A stretch of 64,000 nucleotides of DNA, from NCBI GenBank assembly GCA_963784675.1, contig CAWASE010000019.1, positions 1,408 through 65,407 on the forward strand, written 5' to 3'. The notes below the pieces were generated by a model that had not been told where the DNA came from, made no database searches, and saw only the letters and a program-made list of their open reading frames with translations. A program made the translations under genes and the position numbers. Origin of the DNA: an uncultured Actinomycetes bacterium (GTDB lineage Bacteria > Actinomycetota > Actinomycetes > Mycobacteriales > SCTD01). This document shows, in pieces, positions 33,251-43,038 of the stretch. The stretch's first letter is position 1. Every line of letters starts with the position of its first letter.

Positions 33251-35002
33251 ATGACCACCCGACGCCGGCTCGCCCTGAGCCTCGTTCTGGCTGCCGCTCT
33301 GTCGACGGCGGTCGCGACCCCCGTCCTGGCTCAGACTTCCTCGACCGCGGAGGTGCTCGCCTACGGCGGCGACCAAGGGGTGACGGTGCAGGCGCCTGCG
33401 GGATCCACCCCGGCGCGGGTGCACCCGACCGGCTCGCAGCCCGCGGTCTCGCCGGACGGCACGCAGCTGGCCTACGTGTTCCGCGACGACTCCGAGAGGA
33501 TCAGCGACTCGATCCACCTCAGCGACCTCGACGGCTCGCACGACCGCGCGCTCACCGGCGGCGGCGAAAACCTGCCCGACAGCGCGCCGACCTGGTCGCC
33601 GGACGGGAACCGGCTGGCCTTCGTCCGCGAGCTGCCGGACGGTCCGCACCTGGCGACCGTGCGTGCCGACGGCAGCGGTGAGCAGGTTCTGCCGCTGCGG
33701 GGCCGCTCCCCGGTCTGGTCGCCCGACGGCCGGTTCCTGGCGTTCGCCTCCGGCAGCGCCACCGACGTCGTCGACGCCGCCGGCGCCGGGCAGGTGCGCC
33801 TCACGGGGTCGGCGCCGCTGAGCTGGTCGACGGACGGCACCCGGCTGCTCGTCACCGACCGCCGCAGCGGTCTGGCGCAGCTGTCGCTCGGGGACCGCAC
33901 CGCCGCCCCGCTGCCGGTCCCGGGCGCCACGCTGCTCGACGGCGAGTACAGCGCGTCGGGCCGGCAGGTGTACGCGGTGCGCGGGTCGGCCGGCCACGGC
34001 ACGGCCCCCGAGATCGTCAGGGTCGGGACCGACGGCAGCGTCGACGCCACCTTTGGGCCCGTGCCCGGTTCGGGTCCCTCCGCGGGTGGCGGCGACCGGG
34101 CGCGTCCGGCCGTCACCGCCCCGGAGCCGGTTACCCGGCTGAGCGTCATCACGGCAGCGAGCCGCGTGACGCTGCGCTTCGACCGTCGGACCGCGAGCGA
34201 CACCGCCGGCGTCACCGTCCGGTACGCGGCCGGCACCACCGCCCCGGCGACGGTGACCGACGGGCTGCCCGGCCCGGACAGCCTGGCCTCCACCGCCGAC
34301 GTGCCGCGCCTGGCGCCGTCGACGACCTACGCGTTCAGCGTCTTCACCCGAGACTGGTCCGGCGCCGCCTCCGTCCCGGCGACGGTCGTGGCCACCACGC
34401 CGGCCGAGGTGGCGACGACGCTGACCCTGGACGCACCGGACCAGATCGTGTATGGCGACGGGTCCGCACTGACCGGCCGGCTCGTCCGCGAGGACACCGG
34501 CACGGGCGTGCCCGGCGCCGCCGTGACCCTGCTCGGACACCACGAAGGCGAGTCCGACAGTCGGCTGCAGGCGCTGTCCACGGACGCCGACGGCCGGTTC
34601 ACCTTCCGGCGGCTGACCAGCGAGGCCACCCGCTACCGGGTGGAGTACGCCGGCGACGGCACCTTGCTCCCAGCCGCGACCGGCGCGCTCGTGCTGGTGC
34701 AGCAGCGTGTGACGCTCACCTTCACCCCGTCGGACAGCGTGCCGCAGGGGTCGCGGGCGAGCGTGACGGCGACCGTCGCACCGGCCTTCCCCGGCGGCAA
34801 CGTCCGGTTCGTCCAGCGGCTCGACCCGTCGGGGGAGCGGAACCGGCTGCAGCGCCTCGACAGCCGCTCGCGCTCGACGTTCACCCTGGACACCGCCCAC
34901 CGGAACGCGCCGTACTACCTGGACCCCGACCTCAGCGTGCAGCCCGGCTACCGGCGCGGGTACCTGAACCGCCCGGTGGAGGCGGTGTTCACGATCTCCT
35001 AG
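33251..35002 (+). CDS. secreted TolB-like beta-propeller protein with C-terminal Ig/FN3-like domains
   Basis: ATG 33251. Signal peptide MTTRRRLALSLVLAAALSTAVATPVLAQ. PD40-type repeats (SPDGTQLAYV, WSPDGNRLAFV, WSPDGRFLAFA, WSTDGTRLLV), then beta-sandwich-like repeats. 583 aa. Confidence 0.75.
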   Translation: MTTRRRLALSLVLAAALSTAVATPVLAQTSSTAEVLAYGGDQGVTVQAPAGSTPARVHPTGSQPAVSPDGTQLAYVFRDDSERISDSIHLSDLDGSHDRALTGGGENLPDSAPTWSPDGNRLAFVRELPDGPHLATVRADGSGEQVLPLRGRSPVWSPDGRFLAFASGSATDVVDAAGAGQVRLTGSAPLSWSTDGTRLLVTDRRSGLAQLSLGDRTAAPLPVPGATLLDGEYSASGRQVYAVRGSAGHGTAPEIVRVGTDGSVDATFGPVPGSGPSAGGGDRARPAVTAPEPVTRLSVITAASRVTLRFDRRTASDTAGVTVRYAAGTTAPATVTDGLPGPDSLASTADVPRLAPSTTYAFSVFTRDWSGAASVPATVVATTPAEVATTLTLDAPDQIVYGDGSALTGRLVREDTGTGVPGAAVTLLGHHEGESDSRLQALSTDADGRFTFRRLTSEATRYRVEYAGDGTLLPAATGALVLVQQRVTLTFTPSDSVPQGSRASVTATVAPAFPGGNVRFVQRLDPSGERNRLQRLDSRSRSTFTLDTAHRNAPYYLDPDLSVQPGYRRGYLNRPVEAVFTIS

Positions 35003-35093
35003 GAGAACGCGACCACCCGTGCCGGCGCTGCAGCCGACGCTCCTGGTAGCCGAAGAGATCAGGGAACGCCCCTGACCCCTGCCCGGAGGCACC

Positions 35094-36068
35094 GTGTCCA
35101 GCCTGCACCTGCTCGAGCCCGAGACGACCACCCGTGCCGATGCTGAACGGGTGGCCCGGGACGTCGTGCACGGTGTGGAGCGGGTCGTGCACGGGCGGCG
35201 TTCCGCCGTCGAGAGGATCACCTGTGCGGTGCTGGCCGGTGGGCACGTGCTCGTCGAGGACGTGCCGGGCAGCGGCAAGACGACGCTCGCCCGGGCGTTC
35301 TCGCGGGTGCTCGGCGGTGAGTTCCGACGGATCCAAGGCACTGCCGACCTGCTGCCCGCCGACATCACGGGCAGCGGCGTGTGGGAGGCCGAGCGGCGCG
35401 CCTTCACGTTCGTCCCCGGCCCGCTGTTCGGGCACGTCGTGCTCGTCGACGAGCTCAACCGCACGCCGCCGCGCACGCAGTCGGCGTTCCTGGAGGCGAT
35501 GGACGAGGGCGCCGTCACCGTCGACGGGCGACGCCACGCGCTGCCGGACCCGTTCGTCGTGCTCGCCACCCAGAACCCGCTGGAGCAGTACGGCACGTAT
35601 CCGCTGCCCGAGGGTCAGCTGGACCGGTTCATGGTCACTCTCGCCCTCGGCGCGAACGACCCGGCCGTCGAGCGGCAGGTGGTGCGCGAGCAGCTCGACC
35701 ATGCCACCGTCGACGAGCTGCAGGCGGTGACGAGCCCTGCGGAGATCGCGCGGGTCCGTGCAGAGGTCCGCCGCACGCACGTCGCCGACGCCGTCCTGGA
35801 CCACGCCGTCCGCGTCGTCGAGGCCACCCGGACGGCTCCGGGGGTGGCGCTGGGCGCGAGCACGCGGGCCGCGCTGTCGCTGGTGCGCTGCGCGCAGGCC
35901 CGCGCGCTGCTGGCTGGTCGCGACCACGTCCGGCCCGACGACGTGAAGGCCTTGGCCGCAGCAGTTCTCGGTCACCGCCTGGTGCTGCTCGACGGGCAGG
36001 GTTCGCCGACCCGCGGGCAGCAGGTCGTGTCCGCGCTGCTGTCGTCGGTGCCGGTGCCGCTGGCGTGA
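35094..36068 (+). CDS. MoxR-family AAA+ ATPase
   Basis: GGAGG upstream of GTG 35094. Walker A DVPGSGKTTLA, Walker B VLVDELNRTPP and ATQNPLEQYGTYPLPEGQLDRF. 324 aa. Confidence 0.92.
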   Translation: MSSLHLLEPETTTRADAERVARDVVHGVERVVHGRRSAVERITCAVLAGGHVLVEDVPGSGKTTLARAFSRVLGGEFRRIQGTADLLPADITGSGVWEAERRAFTFVPGPLFGHVVLVDELNRTPPRTQSAFLEAMDEGAVTVDGRRHALPDPFVVLATQNPLEQYGTYPLPEGQLDRFMVTLALGANDPAVERQVVREQLDHATVDELQAVTSPAEIARVRAEVRRTHVADAVLDHAVRVVEATRTAPGVALGASTRAALSLVRCAQARALLAGRDHVRPDDVKALAAAVLGHRLVLLDGQGSPTRGQQVVSALLSSVPVPLA

Positions 36069-37069
36069 ACGGCCGGACCACGAACGACGGGCCGACGCGC
36101 ACCCGAGCCACCCGCGCCCTGCCCCTGACGCTGGGCGCCGGGGGGCTGCTGCAGGCGCTCTCGCGCGCGAACGGCAGCCCGTGGCTCGCCCTGGCGTCGG
36201 GGGCGCTGCTCGCTCTGGTCGTGGTGGCAGTCGTCCTGCGTCCCAGGATCGACGACGTCCGGGTGGAACGGCTCGTGGCGGAGCGCGCGGCGGTCGGTGA
36301 GACGGTGCACACCACCCTGGTCCTCACCAACGCGGGACGCCGCACCAGCCCGCCGCTGCTGATCGCCGACGAGCTTCCCGGCCACCAGGCGCTGGAGTGC
36401 TCGGTGGGGCCGCTGGCGCCGGGACAGCGGGTGCAGTGGCGGGCGGCGCGTCAGGTGCTGCACCGCACCGCGTCCGACGGGGGCGTGGTGCGGGTGGCGG
36501 CCGGCAGCCCGGTCGGGATGCTGCAGACGCGTCGCGAGGTGCACCTCGCGGGCGACGTCCGCGCCTGGCCGGCCCCCGCAGCACCTGCGCTGCTGCCGAC
36601 GCGGGCGCGCGGAGGGGAGGGCGCGGCCGGCTCGCGGCCCTCGCCGGGTGCCGGGCTGGAGGTGCTGGGGCTGCGACCGTTCCGGCACGGCGACCCCGCG
36701 CGGGCCGTCTCCGCGCGCGCCAGCGCCCGGCACGGACGCCCCCTGGTGCTGGAGCGCGAGCGCGAGCGGGAACCACCGCTGGTCGTGCTCGTGCTCGGTG
36801 GGGCACGGGGCGAGGCCTGGGAGGACGCCGTCGCAGGTGCGTGCGCCCTCGCGCTGCAGACGCTGCGCAGCGGCCGCCCGCTGCTGCTGCTGGGTCCGCC
36901 CGGCCCTGAGCGACCGACGAGCGCGCGACAGGTGCGGGACGCCTTCGCCGCCGCGGACCTGGCGCCGGCGCTGCCCGACGCGCAGACCCGGGCGGCGCTG
37001 CGTCGGGCCGGCCGCGACGCCCGGCTGTTCGTGCTCGGACCGCCTCCGGCGGGTGGCTCGGGTGCGTGA
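36065..37069 (+). CDS. DUF58-family protein
   Basis: GTG 36065 overlaps the MoxR stop (GTGA). N-terminal TM pair. GLRPFRHGDPARAVSARASARHGRPLVLERE matches the DUF58 core pattern. 334 aa. Confidence 0.75.
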   Translation: MNGRTTNDGPTRTRATRALPLTLGAGGLLQALSRANGSPWLALASGALLALVVVAVVLRPRIDDVRVERLVAERAAVGETVHTTLVLTNAGRRTSPPLLIADELPGHQALECSVGPLAPGQRVQWRAARQVLHRTASDGGVVRVAAGSPVGMLQTRREVHLAGDVRAWPAPAAPALLPTRARGGEGAAGSRPSPGAGLEVLGLRPFRHGDPARAVSARASARHGRPLVLEREREREPPLVVLVLGGARGEAWEDAVAGACALALQTLRSGRPLLLLGPPGPERPTSARQVRDAFAAADLAPALPDAQTRAALRRAGRDARLFVLGPPPAGGSGA

Positions 37070-38933
37070 GGACCGGCGCGCGGTCGTCGTAGCAGGCGGC
37101 GTCGGTCAGCTCGCGGCCGTCGTGGCCGAGGTGCTGCCGGTGGTGGCCCTGCCCGTCACGCTCGCGCTGCTGCTGGTCGCGGCGGAGCTGAGCGGACGTG
37201 CCGACGAGCGACAGGCCCGCAGGCTGCGCGGCGTGGCGACCGGCCTGGCTCTGGTCGCAGTCGGGCTCGCACTGCCGCGGGTCTTGTCACCCGGCGCCGG
37301 CGGTCTGCGCGAGGTGCTCGGACCGCTGCTGGTGGCGGTCCAGGTGGCGCACGCCGCGACCTGGCGCACCCACCGTGAGCTGCAGGGCGGGCTCGGCATC
37401 GCTGTCGGTCTGCTCGTGCTCGGCGCGTCCTACGCACCCGACGTCCTGGTCGGGCTGCCGCTGCTCGCCGGCTGGGTGGCGTGCGTGCACGCGCACCTGC
37501 GGCTGCAGCAGAGCAGGCTCACGGACGTGCCGCAGGTGGCCGGTCCGGCGCGCCCGTCCACCCTGGCCGCAACGGCGCTCGCCGTCGTGGTCGGGCTGGT
37601 GGCCTTTTTGCTGCTGCCCCAACCGTCGGAGGCCGCCGCTGCGCGGCTCGGCTCCTCGAAGGCAGGTGCGGCGAGCTCGGCCCGGGCGGCCGGCCTCTCC
37701 GGCGACGAGGTGGACCTGCGCGCGCGCGGCGACCTGTCCGACCGGGTGCTGGCCGAGGTGGTCGAGCCGAGCGAGCTCGGCCTCTGGCGTTCCTCGGCCT
37801 ACAGCAGCTGGGACGGGGCACGCTGGAGCGCGCCCGAGACCCAGCCGCAGCTGCTCGCCGGTCCGCCGTTCCGGCTCCCGGACGCCCCGACCGGCCGCAC
37901 CCGCACCGACCGCGTCGACCTCCGGCAGGGCGGCGGCGTCGTCTGGTCGCCGGGCCTGCCGGTCAGTGTCCGCCCGGCCGGCGGAGGCGCTGCCCTGGAC
38001 CGCTCCGGAGCTGTCCGGCTGCCCAGCCGGACGCGGACGTACGACGTGACGTCCGTGCCGCTGACCCAGGACGTCGCGGCGCTGAGGGCCGGCGCCGCCG
38101 ATGCGCGCTGGCTACAGCTGCCGGCCGGCCTGCCGGACCGCGTGCGCGTGCTCGCCGAGCAGGTCACCGCCGGCCAGGCCAGCACCGCCGGCAAGGTCCG
38201 CGCCGTCGAGCAGTGGCTGGCCGCGAACGCCCGGTACCAGCTCGACTCGCCCGTCCCCGGTCCGGGGGAGGACGCCGTCGACCGCTTCCTGTTCGTGGAC
38301 CGGGTCGGCTTCTGCGAGCAGTTCGCCGCGGCCGAGACGGTGCTGCTGCGCGCGGTCGGGATCCCGTCGCGGTTCGTGGTCGGACTGGCCTACGGCGAAC
38401 CCAGCGGTGGTGGACGGCGCCTGTTCCGGGAGAAGAACCTGCACGCCTGGGTCGAGGTGTCCTACGCGGGCGAGGTCTGGGCCTCCTCGGACCCGACCGC
38501 CGGTGCGGCCCAGGTGCAGGCGACGGCCTCGCTGCGCGCCCGGCTCGCGACCTTGGTCCTGCGCGGTCTGCGGGCCCTGGACGGTGTGCCGGGTGGGCGT
38601 CCCGCGCTCGTGCTGCTGCTGCTCGGCGGCGTGGCTGCGGCGGCGCTGGCTCGAGGCCTGCCGCATCGCGCGCGGCACGTCGAGGACATGGCCGACGCCG
38701 CCCCGGCGGGACGTCCGGCGCTGGCCTCGTTCCTGCGCTGGGACGCCACCCTGGGCCCGGCGGCCCGGCGGAGCGGGGAGTCGCTGCCGGAGATGCGCCG
38801 ACGGCTGGCCCTGCCCGCCACGCAGGCGCAGGCGCTGTCCGTCGTCGAGCAGGAGTGCTACGCCCTCGATCCCCCGGACGAGGAGAGGGCGGGCTCGGTC
38901 GAGACGGCGCTGACCGCTCCCTCGGTGACCTGA
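37062..38933 (+). CDS. transglutaminase-like membrane protein (TgpA-type)
   Basis: GTG 37062 or 37053, overlapping the DUF58 end. Several N-terminal TM helices. Cys-His-Asp core GFCEQFAAAETVLLRAVGIPSRFVVG ... HAWVEV ... SSDPT. C-terminal TM. About 623 aa. Confidence 0.8.
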   Translation: MREDRRAVVVAGGVGQLAAVVAEVLPVVALPVTLALLLVAAELSGRADERQARRLRGVATGLALVAVGLALPRVLSPGAGGLREVLGPLLVAVQVAHAATWRTHRELQGGLGIAVGLLVLGASYAPDVLVGLPLLAGWVACVHAHLRLQQSRLTDVPQVAGPARPSTLAATALAVVVGLVAFLLLPQPSEAAAARLGSSKAGAASSARAAGLSGDEVDLRARGDLSDRVLAEVVEPSELGLWRSSAYSSWDGARWSAPETQPQLLAGPPFRLPDAPTGRTRTDRVDLRQGGGVVWSPGLPVSVRPAGGGAALDRSGAVRLPSRTRTYDVTSVPLTQDVAALRAGAADARWLQLPAGLPDRVRVLAEQVTAGQASTAGKVRAVEQWLAANARYQLDSPVPGPGEDAVDRFLFVDRVGFCEQFAAAETVLLRAVGIPSRFVVGLAYGEPSGGGRRLFREKNLHAWVEVSYAGEVWASSDPTAGAAQVQATASLRARLATLVLRGLRALDGVPGGRPALVLLLLGGVAAAALARGLPHRARHVEDMADAAPAGRPALASFLRWDATLGPAARRSGESLPEMRRRLALPATQAQALSVVEQECYALDPPDEERAGSVETALTAPSVT

Positions 38934-38937
38934 CGGC

Positions 38938-39669
38938 TCACCGCGGCAGCAGCCGGGGCCTGGCGAAGCGCACCGACACCCCGGAAGAGAAGACCACGTG
39001 CGGCGCACCGACCGGAGCCGGCAGGCCCGCCGCCTGCACGACGTCCTCGTCCAGATCGAGCAGCTCGGCCCGGCGCAGCTGCCACGGCTCGTGGGAGACC
39101 GGCGCCCAGGCGGTCCGCCCACCGGGGACGGCGGAGAACAGCCCCCACCGAGCCGTGAGGAACAGCGACAGCGCATCGACCGCCACCGGCTCGCCGACCC
39201 GGACCCGGACGCTCGCGCGCGCACCAGGCGGACCGGGCCAGCGTCGCCGGCTGCGGTAGGTGACCTCGTCGCCGTCCCTGCTCACGCTCATCGACGCCCA
39301 GCAGTAGGGCAGCGCGTACCCGGCGCGCGCGGTCAGGCACGGCAGCAGCCGGGAGGCGTCCAGCGAGCGGAAGACGACCCCGCGTCGCCCGGCGGCGTCG
39401 GTGGCGTAGAGCCGCACGTTCGTCTCGGGGAAGGTGGACAACCACGGGATCGGTGGGAGGCCCAGCACTCCCACGTCGCGCATGACGAAAGGGATCAGGC
39501 CCACGTAGGTGACGCCGTCGTGGACGTCCGGCACGGTGCCCGGCGGCAGCAGCGGTGCCACCAGGGCAGGCTCGACCGGCCAGTGCAGCATCGTCAGGTC
39601 GTGCCAGCCCTGCCGGAATACGGGACGGCGGACGTGCAGCGGCGCGGTCGACGTCAGGGGTTGCAGCAC
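38938..39669 (-). CDS. DUF2071 (YqjF-like) family protein
   Basis: GTG 39669 is preceded by TACGGT (39681-39676) at exactly 6 nt, suggesting a leaderless mRNA. WHDLTMLHWPVEP...VTYVGLIPFVMRDV pattern. 243 aa. Family name is from memory. Confidence 0.55.
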   Translation of the reverse strand: MLQPLTSTAPLHVRRPVFRQGWHDLTMLHWPVEPALVAPLLPPGTVPDVHDGVTYVGLIPFVMRDVGVLGLPPIPWLSTFPETNVRLYATDAAGRRGVVFRSLDASRLLPCLTARAGYALPYCWASMSVSRDGDEVTYRSRRRWPGPPGARASVRVRVGEPVAVDALSLFLTARWGLFSAVPGGRTAWAPVSHEPWQLRRAELLDLDEDVVQAAGLPAPVGAPHVVFSSGVSVRFARPRLLPR

Positions 39670-39705
39670 TCTCCGACCGTAGGGGCGACGGGCCGGACCG
39701 GCGAC

Positions 39706-41997
39706 TCAGCCGGTGCGCAGCCGGGCGGTGCCGGCGGAGTCGGCCCGAACTGCCGGCGCTCCCTTCGTGCTGACCAGCGCACCGGGCCGCAGCCCGTCGA
39801 TGCGCACCGTCGCCGGGCCGTCGGAGGTCATCGTGAGGGCGACGGTCGACGCCTTGGCCAGACCCGCGCCGACGGCGTCGACGGTCACGGCGGAGACGCC
39901 CGTCAGCTCCAGGGTCAAGGCGTTCGACCTCGGGGCGAAGCCGGTGCGCTGCCAGGTCTGGTTCGTCACGACCACCGGGGACGGGTCGCCGGGCGTCTCG
40001 GTGTGCTGCTCCTTCACGACGTCGACCAGCGGCTCGGCCAGCGCCGCGGAGTGCGCTCTGACGGTCGCGAGGAAGCCCGCGGCGGAGGACCGCGCCGCGA
40101 GCGCCGGCAGCCAGTACACGCCGGTAGCGGTCAGACCGAGCTCAGGACGCGCCAGGTCGGGGTACCACGTGTAGTCGATGCGGGCGGCGGTGCGCTCGCG
40201 GGTGGTACGGCCCAGCTCTGAGGTGGCACGAGCGAACGCGTCCTTGGCGGCGTAGGGGATGTGCCCCTCCGTCGGGTAGTACTCGGCGTGGTAGCGGTAG
40301 CCGCGGCTGTCGAAGCCGGCCACCTGCTCCAGCACCGAGGTGAACGGCACCAGCTCGTCGGCCATGCCGCTGTCGACCAACCACGGCACGTGCCGGGCGT
40401 TGCCGACCAGCGGCAGCGTGTCGCCGTCGTCGGTGCAGCGACCGGGGTTGCTGCCGGTACGCACGTCACCGCGCACGCGGACGCCGCAGGTGGGCGGACC
40501 GGCGATCGCGAGCGCCTTGGCGAACAGGTCGGGGTGCGCGAGACCGAGCTTGTAGGAGCCGTAGCCGCCCATCGAGTAGCCGCTGATGACGGTGCGCTCC
40601 GGGTCGAGCGTGAAGGAGTGCGCGAGGCGGTTCCAGACCTCCCAGAAGTCGACCTCGGCCTCGTCGAAGTACCACATGTCCGGGCCGCGACCGAGCGTCG
40701 TCGCGCAGATCGAGTTCCGCTCCTCGCACGTCTGGCGCACCTGGTTGGGGTCCAGCGCGCCGTACTGGTTGTGCATCACCGACAGGCTGTGCAGCATCCA
40801 GGTCAGCGGCATCGGGGTGCCCGGCCGGTAGGTCGTCGGGACGTAGACGCCGAACGGCTGGACCCGGCCCAGGTAGTTCGGTCGCAGGTCGCCCGTACCA
40901 CCGCCGGTGTTCTCCACGACGCCCTGGCCGAGGTCGAGCGCGCTGACGAACCAGCGGTTGGAGTAGCCGGTGACGAGCGGCTCCGGCGTGCTGCGCCGCT
41001 GCCCGAGGTCGGACCAGGCGAGGTCCTGCGAGAACGGAGCGACGTCGCTCGCCGCCAGAGCTTCGGCCTGGTGGTCCTCGAACCAGTAGTTGCCCATGTC
41101 CGCGGTGCGGGCGGCCGCGCTCACCCCGGCCTGGTTCGTGGCGATCCCGTGCTTGTACTGCTGAGGCTCGCTGGCGACGCTGCGGTAGGAGGCGTTGTAG
41201 ACGGCTGGCTGACCGCCCAGGGCCCCGGTGGCGGGCGCCATCGCGTCCCCGGCGGCGTTGCTCAGCCCCGCGGCCAACCTCAGGCGCCAGGTGCCGGCGA
41301 CCGGCAGCGTGGTGCGCGGCACGCGCACGACGAACGACCGCGCCGTCCGGTCGACGGTCAGCCCGGCCGAGACGTCGGTGCGCTTGCCGCTGCGGGCGTC
41401 GACGAGAAAGGCCTTGCGGCTGCTGACGACCAGCGCGGTGTCCAGCCCGGGGGAGGAGACGCCGGCGCCGGCGGGCCAGGCGCGGACGCCGTCCTGGGTG
41501 GACGCGTTGGTGTCCAGACCCCAGACCGCGATCGGCACCGTCGGGTCGACGAGCGTGTTCCAGTCGACCCGCCAGTAGGACGCCTTCGCGTCGAGCCCGA
41601 CGGCGTTGCGGAACACGTCGGCGCCGTTCTTGCTCGCCGGGCCGTCGGGGTAGGTGAAGCCCCCGTCGGTGGGGGCGAGGGAGGCGATGGCGGCGTCCTG
41701 GGCCGCGGCGGCGGTGGTGAAGGCGCCGTGGTCGTCGTACAGGAAGTCGGTCCAGAAGCTCGCGCCCCCCGCCAGCCGGCCGGTGCCGCTGGTGCGGCTG
41801 AACTGCTCACCGAACGGCCAGCCCTGCGGAGCCGGCAAGGTGGGCTCGGCCCGGGTGGCCGCCGGTGGGACGTTGCTCGGCAGGCCCGCGGGGCGGTCCG
41901 CACCGGACGGCCTGGCGCCGGGCGCAGCGGCGGCGGCGCCTGCCGCGAGCAGGGCAGCAGCGGCCGCGAGGGCGACGAGCGGGCGGAGTCGGGGCAC
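39706..41997 (-). CDS. secreted multidomain alpha/beta-hydrolase (esterase/peptidase-like)
   Basis: GGGAGGA 5 nt upstream of GTG 41997. Signal peptide MPRLRPLVALAAAAALLAAGAAAAAP. Central nucleophile elbow GYSMGGYGS within FTLDPERTVISGYSMGGYGSYKLGLAHPDLF. 763 aa. N- and C-terminal beta-rich domains are unassigned. Confidence 0.65.
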   Translation of the reverse strand: MPRLRPLVALAAAAALLAAGAAAAAPGARPSGADRPAGLPSNVPPAATRAEPTLPAPQGWPFGEQFSRTSGTGRLAGGASFWTDFLYDDHGAFTTAAAAQDAAIASLAPTDGGFTYPDGPASKNGADVFRNAVGLDAKASYWRVDWNTLVDPTVPIAVWGLDTNASTQDGVRAWPAGAGVSSPGLDTALVVSSRKAFLVDARSGKRTDVSAGLTVDRTARSFVVRVPRTTLPVAGTWRLRLAAGLSNAAGDAMAPATGALGGQPAVYNASYRSVASEPQQYKHGIATNQAGVSAAARTADMGNYWFEDHQAEALAASDVAPFSQDLAWSDLGQRRSTPEPLVTGYSNRWFVSALDLGQGVVENTGGGTGDLRPNYLGRVQPFGVYVPTTYRPGTPMPLTWMLHSLSVMHNQYGALDPNQVRQTCEERNSICATTLGRGPDMWYFDEAEVDFWEVWNRLAHSFTLDPERTVISGYSMGGYGSYKLGLAHPDLFAKALAIAGPPTCGVRVRGDVRTGSNPGRCTDDGDTLPLVGNARHVPWLVDSGMADELVPFTSVLEQVAGFDSRGYRYHAEYYPTEGHIPYAAKDAFARATSELGRTTRERTAARIDYTWYPDLARPELGLTATGVYWLPALAARSSAAGFLATVRAHSAALAEPLVDVVKEQHTETPGDPSPVVVTNQTWQRTGFAPRSNALTLELTGVSAVTVDAVGAGLAKASTVALTMTSDGPATVRIDGLRPGALVSTKGAPAVRADSAGTARLRTG

Positions 41998-42077
41998 GGG
42001 GGTCCTCCCAGAGGTACGGCGGCGCGGCGGCCACGTCCCTGCAGGAGTTCGACATCGATACCGTCGGCTCCTGCCGG

Positions 42078-42536
42078 TCAGGCCCGCAGCGAGAACAGCA
42101 GGTGCTGCGAGAGATCACCCACCAGGTCGACGTGCATCACGCGGGTGTCGAAGCGCCAACGGCCCGCCAGGTGGCGGAACGTGTCGTGGTAGCGGCCGGC
42201 GATGATCGGCTGCAGCGGCAGCGCCGGCGTGGACTGCAGCACGGTGAAGCAGGAGCGGCTCGCGCCGGTTCCGGTCTGCTCGTCGACCGTGACGATCGCG
42301 TTGGTGACCAGGTGCCGGGTCTTCGGGGTGCCGGTGTCGGGGTAGCGGCGCGTGGAGCGCTCGTACATCTCCCGCACGCGGTCCCGTCCCTCATAGACCG
42401 TGCCTGGAGGGCCGTCGGGCACGCCGTGGATGCGGCCGTCGGCGAACAGCTCGGCGACGCCGTCGAAGTCGCCGGCGTCGATGCGCTCGGCGTACTCGTA
42501 CAGCAGGTTCTCCAGAGCGCGCGCGCTGTCCACCAT
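42078..42536 (-). CDS. SnoaL/NTF2-like fold protein
   Basis: ATG 42536 is preceded by TAGGGT (42549-42544) at 7 nt. LENLLYEYAERIDAGDFDGVAELFADG ... GRYHDTFRHLAGRWRFDTRV is typical of SnoaL_4/NTF2-like proteins. 152 aa. Confidence 0.55.
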   Translation of the reverse strand: MVDSARALENLLYEYAERIDAGDFDGVAELFADGRIHGVPDGPPGTVYEGRDRVREMYERSTRRYPDTGTPKTRHLVTNAIVTVDEQTGTGASRSCFTVLQSTPALPLQPIIAGRYHDTFRHLAGRWRFDTRVMHVDLVGDLSQHLLFSLRA

Positions 42537-42582
42537 GGCGTGCACCCTAGGCAGAGCGCCGTCCAGGAGCACGCGGTCGGCG

Positions 42583-43011
42583 TCAGGGCAGCAACAGGCA
42601 GCTGTCGCCGAACGCGTGCCACAGGTAGCCGCCACCTGCGGCGTGCGCGTACGCAGCGGCCACCAGCTGGGCGCCCGCCGCCGTCTCCAACAGGTGCACG
42701 TGCGAGGCGCCGGGCTCGTGCCAGCCGGTGACGAGCCCCGACACCACCCGGGCCGGGCGGTCCGTGCCGAGCACGAGGTCGGTCCACCCGCGCCCGGCGC
42801 GCACGGTGCCGTCCGCGGCGTCGACGGTCTCCAGCGCGCGGGTGACCGTCGTGCCGACCGCAACCACCCGCCCGCCCCGTGCACGCACGTGGTTCACCAG
42901 CGCAGCCGTCGGCGCGGTGACGGTCGCTCGTGATGGACCCGCCCCGACGACCAGTTCGCCGCGCTGACCAGGCTTCGGGACGGCCTGGACTCGTGCATCG
43001 TCTGCATGCAC
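42583..43011 (-). pseudogene. 3'-terminal remnant of a queA-like gene (S-adenosylmethionine:tRNA ribosyltransferase-isomerase)
   Basis: The last ~140 codons align by eye to the QueA C-terminus: GGRVVAVGTTVTRALE / GWTDLVLGTDRPARVVSGLVTGWHEPGASHVHLLETAAG / WHAFGDSCLLL (compare E. coli GNRVIAVGTTSVRSLES, VDALVTNFHLPESTL, FFSYGDAMFI). Upstream, the frame is only antisense shadow of the toxin-antitoxin genes, so about 200 N-terminal codons are absent. Confidence 0.6.
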
Positions 43012-43026
43012 CCTGCATCCCGCCGG

Positions 43027-43032
43027 TATGCT
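43027..43032 (+). promoter_or_regulatory. candidate -10 box TATGCT for a leaderless antitoxin transcript; TGCAT/TGCATGCA repeats just upstream
   Basis: TANNNT ends 6 nt before ATG 43039. gtgcat-cgtc-tgcatgca-ccc-tgcat at 42993-43018 is a plausible autoregulatory operator. Confidence 0.4.
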
Positions 43033-43038
43033 GGAGCG

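Noticed and set aside
32657-35596. 979-aa minus-strand ORF taken as a single giant protein.
   Set aside because: Only the last 174 codons (33181-32657) have sigma-factor motifs and good codon bias. The upstream 2.4 kb is antisense to the TolB-like and MoxR genes.
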